Below the pieces are notes generated by a model. The model ran no database searches and had not been told where the DNA came from. It saw only the letters and a list, made by a program, of their open reading frames with translations. Position numbers and translations under genes: made by a program. Below, in pieces: positions 37,801-46,800 of a DNA stretch of 64,000 nt; position 1 is the stretch's first letter, and each line of letters begins with the position of its first letter. The stretch comes from an uncultured bacterium (GTDB taxonomy: Bacteria; Omnitrophota; Omnitrophia; Omnitrophales; Aquincolibacteriaceae). Location of the stretch: positions 46,330 through 110,329 of the forward strand of contig CAZDVO010000002.1 in NCBI GenBank assembly GCA_964508905.1, in the 5' to 3' direction.

Positions 37801-40800
37801 AAGCATTCGACACGACTGCGGCGCCGGCAACCACGGCTGGACTTGTCGCGATAGCTACGGGCAAAGGTTTCGCCGCATCGTACAAACCCGTAAGCGAGAG
37901 GGTCGCGTCGGCATGCGGAGAGGCTATCGTTTGAGTTTTGGGGGCCAAATCAACAAGAAGGGGTTCAACATCGGCAAACTCAGCGGGAACATCCACCCCC
38001 ACCATTTTCCGGGCCATCACGTCAAGATCGTCCTCGACCATCTGCCGGTCTTTGTCATTCCGGATCGATTGACGGAGCCGAGTCGCGCGAGCGTGGAACT
38101 GAGCCCTGTCGTTATCGCTGCGAATAATGCCTTCCGTACGAACAACAAATTCATCAAAACCATCTAGAGCCGCGTCGCGTTCCTCTCCTACAGTCTCTGC
38201 CGCAACCTTCGAACGGATCTCTCCGACCAACCCCGCGGGCCCGGCAACGGAAGCTTTCACAGCATCCAAAGAACGAGACGCAATAGCCGGTTCAGGCTTT
38301 TCGGGTATGGCGATCTTGCCCTGAACGGGGGCGGTCTGGCCCGCCATCGCGGCGCTCAGGTCTTCAACCGGCGGAGGCGGAGCTCCCACGCCCGTTCCGG
38401 GAGCTGACAAAGCGGTTGCCACAACACCGACCAACTCATCTTCCTTGACTTCAGTCTTCTTTACTTCCTGAGGTTTCTCGACTTTCGAGGCCGCAACAAC
38501 GGCAGGAGTTTCCACGACTTGAGTTTGAATCTCCAGAACACCGCGCTCGCCACGGTCTAAAGCCGTGGGAAACGAGGTCGCTTCTTCGGGAACGGTCGCA
38601 ACAACAGGAGCCGTTACTACGGGCTCAGTCGCCGTTGGCACCGCTGCCACCGGAGATTTTGACGCCAACTTCAACGGCTTCACTGGCGCGGGCAACGCCG
38701 CTTTCACTTCCCGGTGGAAATAAGGACTTACCTCCCCCCGCTCCCGGATCAACTCAAATTTCGAGGGCGTTCTTCCCGTTTCCCGGTCCCAAGACGAATT
38801 CCATCCCTTCACAAAATACGCCTTCAAATGAGGGATTAAGGCTTCCGGAACCTCGATCTCATAGAGATGCGTCGTTCGGCCGGGAACCCACGTGAAATCC
38901 CCCGCCCGGTACTGCACAAAGATCCTGTAGGCCCCGTCCACCTTACGCCCCACATATGCCCCGGCATCGTACTGATCCGTAAAATTGATATCTTTCATGG
39001 CTTCGAGCAATCCTTCGCGATGCGCGCTCGAAAGCCCAAGCGACTCGACCCATTCTGTCACGGACTTCCATGCCTGCTTCTGTTCCGGGGTTTCCTCAAC
39101 CGCCTTGGAGGTTTCAGGTTTGGTCGCGATCGCGTGGATCAATTCCCGGGTCGCGACAGGCCCCGAACACACCCAGTTAAAAAGACCTTTCGCATTCCGG
39201 GAAACAAAACTCCCGAGGTCATGCGCGCTTTCTGCGACAAAACCCCGACGCAGTTCCGCCGGCACAGCCTGATGATCCTGATAAGCGCGATAATAGACTC
39301 CGATCGCATTCTCCAGACCATCGAGGTTCCGCGACAACCGCCGAAGATCTCCAAAAAGGGTATCGCGGAACCAGGAGTTGTGAGTATCCCGGATCACATT
39401 CTCCAGAGACATCCCCTGAGCAACAGCGTCCCGAATACCATCCAACACCAGGCCCTGGTCCCCAAGCGCCCGTTCATGGATCGAATTCCGGACAGCCACG
39501 CGCAATCCAGTTTCCGCAGCATCCAACGCCGCGATCTTCGCCTGAGCCGCCTCCGCCGCCGAAACGGGCTTCTCCGCAGCGGGAGTAGCTGTTTCAGAAG
39601 CCTTCGCCAGCGCCGCGAGGGCTGCCTCGTTTTCATTTTTTTCGATCAGCGCGATCTGTTCCGGAGTCCTGGCCTGCAGGACCGGCCCCATTTTTTGTTC
39701 AGCAGCTTCAAGACGTGCCTGGGTCTGGGCATTCATCGTTTGAACCATTTCAGACCCTGAGCTGACGCTTGCAGCAGCAACTCCAGCAAACATGCTGGCA
39801 GCGCTAAAAGCACCAAAGACCTTCGAGGTATCTTCACCCGGCTTATACGTATAAACAGCGGCTGTTTTACCAGTCAGTTTGGCATAGAGCGCATTCAACG
39901 CAAAGTAGGCCACAACGCACGCGGCCAAGATCAGCAAGATCGGCCAGGTGGCTGCGATCGCCGACACAAAGCTGAGTGAGCCAAAGGCCCATGTCCCGCC
40001 CACGATCCCGGCATAGATCACCGTGATCAAAGGCGCAACGATCATAGAAAGGATCATCGGCTCAAAAGAGGTCTGTTCCGTGCGATTGGTCAGCTTGCGG
40101 ATCGCCGACAGGAGCTTGGTGTCCTTCGCGTAAAGGTAGGTTTCTTTTTCCGCGTTTTTATCCGCAGCTTTTCCCTGCGCCCCATTCTGAAGCAGTGTAT
40201 TTCCAAAATAGAAGACGCTAAGCAACGCAGCAAGAGTCCCTAGCACAGCCCCCGCTGGCACACCGAGCGCGATGACCAAACCCGTCACAGCAACGATCCC
40301 GGCACCGATATAAGTACCCCTCTTGCCCGGTGTCCCGCCATAAAGTGTCTGGGCTTCCTGAAAGCTCGCCATATTTTGAGGAGAGGTGAACAGCTTTTTC
40401 TGAAGAACATTGCCGCCATACCAAACGCCGGCGAGAAGCGCCACGCCCAACACGCCAAAAACAAGAAGCGAGCCGGAAAGGATCGAGAAAAGAGCGACCG
40501 CCGCCCCCACAGCGATACCATTCTTAATGATCGCCGTTTTTTCAATGTTGATCTGTACGGGCTTAAAATGAACGGGCCGGCCGAGGATCGTGCCGAAAAA
40601 TTCCGGGAATGAGATCGACCACCAATCCGGCTGGATCGTCATCGTTTTTACTTCAACGGGGCGTCCCATCTTGGCGTAGTGGGCTTTCAGCGCCCGATGG
40701 AAGAAAAAGAGCCCTGCCGCAAAAACAACGGCGAGAACACCCATCACAAGAGCAAAAGCGGCGACCGACCCCAAAGCGACAACCGTTCCACCTGCCACGC

Positions 40801-43800
40801 CGACAAGGGCCAAGGCCCCCGGGATAGCAATGATCGCAAGCGAGGCCCCCAAAGCAACGGTCGTTACGTTAAAAAGAAGATTCAGCCCTGAAAAAATGAG
40901 ATGGCTGACAAGATCCACCGTATACTGTTCCAGCGGAGTTTCCCGGGCCGTATTCCACAACCCCTCATAGCTTTCTTTTAATTTCATCTTCGTAATATTG
41001 TCCGCCTGGATCCGCTTCAGCACGAACCTCTTGAAAAGCAGGATCCCGATAAAAATCGCGAACGCAGCCACAACGATCAGTCCAACTGTCGCCAGAGCTG
41101 CGACAGAAGCCGTCGTCACAGAACCCGTCCCGGCGAGCGCGACGATCTTCGTCAGAAAAGCCGGTACCCAAGCCTGGATCCCTGCCGCGATGCTACCGAC
41201 CGAAAGGGATTTGGTTAAAATGCCCGTAAAGATCCCGATCCAAACGGAAGAAATAGCCGTAAAACCGATCGCAATACGGGCGATCCTTCCAGGACGTAGC
41301 GGCGCACGAGGCGTAGGCATCTCTATTTTGGGGGCTTCCGAATCGACAAGGGCCTTTCTCGCGGCATTCGCGGCGGACGCCCTCACCTGACTTAAGGACA
41401 AGGCAAGCTCACGGGATACCCGGCTCCGGAAACCGCCTAATTTGGTCTGGTCGGACTTGGCAACAAGCCCGGATCCTAGAAAATATTCTTTCTGGATCTG
41501 ATCGGCCGTTGCGTTATAGTTGCTGCGCGCCACATCGACAGCATCCGGAAGCATCTTCCGCACGGCCGCCTCAGCCTGCGCCAAAAGAATGGCCTGAATG
41601 CGGGCATTCACAAATGCCTCGCCGGCAGCGTTCTTGGAACGGCTCAGACAAAGTTGCACGAAATCTTTCCTCACAGAATCACTCATCCCGGCAAGCAGTC
41701 CCTCTGGAAAAACAAGATCCAGGATGACAGCCGCAAGGGTCTCGTCATTCTTTGTTTCGATCGCTTCCTGCAAACGGGCAAGAGCTTCGCCCTCGTTTTT
41801 GATCTTGGAGGTTTTCCGTTCCTGGATATTCTTCAGGATCTGCTTTGCTTTCAGCCCTTTTGCTCCGGGAAGCAGATCCGTCCGCACAACGTGGAGCCAC
41901 GTCCTAAAGTTGGCGCTTTCGGTCAGCTCCCTTGCAGCGTTGACCGCTGCCGCCACCACCGCGTCATGGTCATCCCCTTCTTCGTCCATCGCATCAAAAG
42001 CTCCGATGCTCGCATAGGCCGCGTCATCCGTTTCTTCCTGCTGGGCGTCCGCCTGCATCTTTTCTGCCAGCATCGTCCTTTGTAATGCAAGAAGAGCACT
42101 TTCGATCCCGGTCAATCCGATCCCACGTTCAAAATTGCGCAGACGGCGAGGAGACCCGTCCTGGTTCGTCCGTCCTTCCCACCAGCGCTCCCACCAACCT
42201 TCCCCCTTCATACCCATTGCAAGTTCCGCCTCCCGGGCCAACTGCTCCGCGCTCGGATCCCAATCCTTGACCGAACCATCCGCATTCCTCGGAGCAGAGC
42301 GCAATCTGGCGATCAAGTCGAGCAGAGGCTTCCTGTTTTCTTCGGAAAGTTCACGGCCAAATTCTTCGAGGCTCGAAATGGCCAGATAAGTAAACACATG
42401 GCCAAAAGTCCCGCCGCGGCCGACACGGCCGATCAGCTGATCCATGATGATCTTCAGGGTATGGGGACGGGTCAGGTGCAGCGTCAAGCCTTTGATCAAA
42501 TTGCCATCGGCATCAATGATCTTTTCAAAGATCTCAACATTGATACCACGTGTCAGCGTCGCGTCGATCAAAAGAATATGCCCCTTACGACCCGCCCGCT
42601 CCAGCATCGCCTTGCGCACGCTGGGAGCATCCGAATCGCGGTAGATCTCAACGGTGACTTTCAACCCTTGCTCGCTGGCCGCTTTTTCAATAGCGTCCTT
42701 GATCCCGGCTTGATCTTTTGCGTCTGCGTCAACAAGATGGAAGCCTTCGACCTGGGAAGCGCTCAAAGCATTAGCCACAAGAGCCTTGTTCCTCTGCGCG
42801 ATCTCGCTTGCGTTCCTTTCCTCAACAGTCGCAAGGCCTTCTTCCCCGCCAAAAACTTTCGGCGGCGCGATCTCCTTCGTATAGTGGAAGAGGCCATCAA
42901 CGTTGTGCGTTTTCATTTTTCTTCCGCGCGCGGTCAGCTTGGCGTCCAACTCATCGCCTCCGGTCGCGGTCATCAGCACATTCCCGGCAAAACACGACAA
43001 CCCCATCATCTGAAGCATGCTAAGCCGGCTCGTCGTCCGCGATCCCTGAAGACGCGTAAGCCCCGCTTTAGCGCGCAACGCATTCTGTAAATCTCCCAAA
43101 TGCGTCCCTGCCATAGCATGCTCGTTACTGTCAAACGGGATCACATCCTCTTTCCCGTGAACCTGGCCCTTGATATAGAAACGGAAAACCCTTCTTCCCT
43201 GATACTCCGCGCCCGTTTCCGGATTATTTTTATCCGTGTAACATTCATGCGCGATCAGTTCCGCCTGGATCATCGCGATCCAGCGGTCGCGGCTGACAAA
43301 ACGAGGATCGATCGTCCCCGCTTTTACAAGTTCGTCATACCGCTTATTGGCCAGCGCTAACCCCGTGAAGAAGTTCAATTCGACTTTCGCATGCTGGTCA
43401 TTGATCACGTAGTTTTTGGTATTCACGTCCACCGACGGTTTGGAAGAATTCGCACGCAAGCCACGGGCCAGATCAGAAGCGTGACTTTCAGCCAGCAAGA
43501 TCGCATTCGCCTGAGCAATGACTCCGGCGGAAACAATCGCTTTGCTCGGATCCGTCACAATGTACTGGTCCGCTTCATCCAGGACGCTTGCAACCGTTCC
43601 CCGATTGGCCGCAGCATTGGCAAAACGGCGGCCGGCCCTGCCCTGGAAATAGAATTGATAGCCGTCGTAGCGAGAATAAACGACTTTAGCGTTCTTGATG
43701 ACGTAATCGATGGGATCTTCGTACGAATTATCGAATTTTCCAGTATGAGACGAAGCGACTTCCACAAGTTTCTCCTCATCTCCGGATTTGACCGCCTTCC

Positions 43801-46800
43801 ACGCGTGAGCAACGCCTTTCACATCAACCGTAAGCGTCACGAACATCCCGAGCTTGGCATCCCAGATCCAAGCGAATTTGTTTCCCGATTCGTCCGTAGT
43901 CAGATACCCCACGGTATGGGCCCCGGGAGCTTTCGAAAAAGCCGCCTGACATTCAATGGCGCCGGCAACAGCGTTCACATCACTATTCGTCTCAACAAAA
44001 GCCTTCCGGTCCGGTTCCGATGCAACCCAGGCATAAACCGTCGCGATGCCGATGATCGTTTTACCGGCGCCGGTTGCGGCATAGTTCAGGATATCTTCGA
44101 TCGCCGCCTTCTCGCCTTTTGGCGCACTCTTGATCTTGTCGCTATTGCCTTTCAATATTTCGATATTTGCCAAAACAGCTTCAACCTGTCCGAGGGTCGG
44201 ATTCTTGGATTTAGCTTCCAGCTTCGCAAGGCGTTCCGCTTCAGCCTGGCTCTTGCCTTCCGTCAGATATTTTTTAACCAATTGAGCCTGCTCATATTCC
44301 AAAGTCGCCGTTTGAATTCCAACGTAGATCTGTTCAACCAGCTTATTCCCTTTAACAAGAGGATGATTTTGATCGATCACCTGGTTCAGATCCCTGACAT
44401 CGCGGGCAACGGGTTTTGCGGATTCTTCGGTGGTGGGCGCAACTGCGGCGGGAGCTGTGACGGTCTGGCGAGCGGCATCGCGCTCCTGGATATTGCGGGC
44501 GACGATCTCAAGCCCTTCCTTTTTAAGCGCCATCGTATAGGTATTGACAGGGATATTGACACCCTGTTGTCGATATCCATCGATCAAAGCCAACTGAGCC
44601 GTGATCTTCGCTGAACTAAAACGAACCAGAATGTCCCGGCGAAGTTTCGCCTGATCTTCCCCCTCGAGGACCGTACCCAAAGCCTGAACTCTCGCATCGA
44701 GCGTCGCAAACGTTCCAGTTGCAGCATCAAATCCAAATCTCAAGAAACGGATATCCCCGGCAAAACCGCGTTTTTCTAACGCGTCGATCTTCGCCGCTAA
44801 ATCAGAACTTTTAAGAACTCGTTTATAAAATCCCTCGGCAACGGAAAGCTTCTCCGCAGGGGTCGAGAGGATCCGCGGAAGGTTCGCCGTAATTTCGGCA
44901 GGAATTCCATACTTCGTCGTCAAAAGTTGGGCGTTCTCCGTAGCCCGCTTCGCTTCAAGCTCCCTTTGAAATGCGTCGGCGGCAATGGGCCCCGCCTCAA
45001 CCGCCACACCGCCAGGCAGCTGCAGGGCAGAAGTCCCCTCCACCGGAGCTACCACGCGCGATTCAGAGCGGGCAGCCTTCTTGACCGAATCGGGAACCTG
45101 GTCGGCATCCATCATATAGAAGGAAAGGACCTGATCCGTGGCCGGCATTGAGATCGACTTCAACGTGCTACGCAACGACGCCGCGACTTCCGATGTCTTG
45201 ACCCCATTCCCCTTGGCATCCAGCGAGAAGGCCAGATACGGGGCATCCCTCTTCGAGCCATCCTCCATCGGGATCATGAGAACCGTGTGTCCCCCAACCT
45301 TCACGACCCGGGAAGGTTTGAACTTTTTGACAAAAACATCAAATTGAGCGCGGTAATCCGCGGGCAGCGTAGCCACCGCGGCCTGCAGCTCCTGATAAGC
45401 CTTCCCTTTATCCGCAGCTGACAGGATCGAGATCGCCGCGACGAGCGGGAAATAAAGCATGTCGTCGCCTTTAAAGGCCGAGAAGTCTACCTTCCGGCCG
45501 AGCATACGCCACGCCGCCAACTGGAACCGCGGATCGTTCAGCGTCACAGCCTTGGGCTGCAGGAACGCCTCGGAAAGAACTTTCTCGATCGGAAGCGGCG
45601 TTTCGCGCAGCGAGGCGTCATAAAGCGCGTTTTCCCTCTTTTTATCGATCGCCTTGGTGATGCGAGGGGCGACTACTATATAAGAAAGCCCCTTCTCCTG
45701 AAGATACTTCTCAATCCCAGGCGTATGGAAACCGCCTGTGACGATGGCGGATAACTTCTGCCCGGTGGCAAGGGTTTTCTCGACCGCTCGCTCGATCAGC
45801 ACCCGGTCGCGTTCGAGAGCGGCTTTATAAAAGCGCTCCACACGCGGCAGGTCCTGATCGAGGGTCTTCACTTGGGACGGCAATCCGTAGGTGAAGTGGT
45901 ATTGCTTCATGAGCGGTGCGAGAAAACTTACGAACGTTTCGGACTTGAACTCGTCCTGGTAGGTGTAATAGAACTCGGCGTCCTGCTTGGTCAGGCTGAA
46001 ATCGAACATCTTGCAATAGATGTCATGGATACGAAGGATATGGTCCAGCCGGATCTGCTCCTGCGTCATGAAAAGCTTGGCCTTGACGGTCTTTTCGAGA
46101 AATTCGATCTCGTCAAAGATCGAGACGTCGATCGCATCATAAAGCTTCATGTACTGGATATACGCCATGACGTTCGCATGCTTGACCGCGAGGTCTTCCC
46201 CTCCTGACTGGGCCACGCTGATGCCGCGGATCTCCTGCTCCAGATAACCGTAATAAGCAGCTCGCTTCATTTTCTTCATACGGAAGTGGACGGTATTCGT
46301 CAAGAACCGCGCCAGCTTCTCGCGCGGAAGGAAGCGCTTCAGATCATTGACAAGGGCCTCGGTGTCCTGATCGGCTTTATCAAAATCGACTTTCCTCTCA
46401 AGATCAACCAACTCGAGAAGCGAGTGCATGCCCGGATATTCATCCAAGGCGATCTGCTGTTTGCGGCCAAGGTCGACGAGATAACGGACATAGGCGACCA
46501 TTTCCGGGCCACCCTCCTGGAATGAAGCCCGGCGGCGGATCAGATCCCGCATTTCTTCAGAGAACACGAACCGTCCGACATCCTCCATGGCTTTTTTGAG
46601 TTCGACGAGAACCGCTTCGTCGCGATCCTTGAACTCAAGAGCTTCCACATACGCAGTACGGTTCTCTTCGTAGAGGTCCCGGTCTTCAACGCCATAAAGC
46701 ATCATAACCGGCTTATCCACAACCGCCAGATATTCCGGCCCCGTCAAACGGCCTTCACGGAGGAAGTAATCGGCCACGTTGCGGCGGGCTTCTTTGTTCG

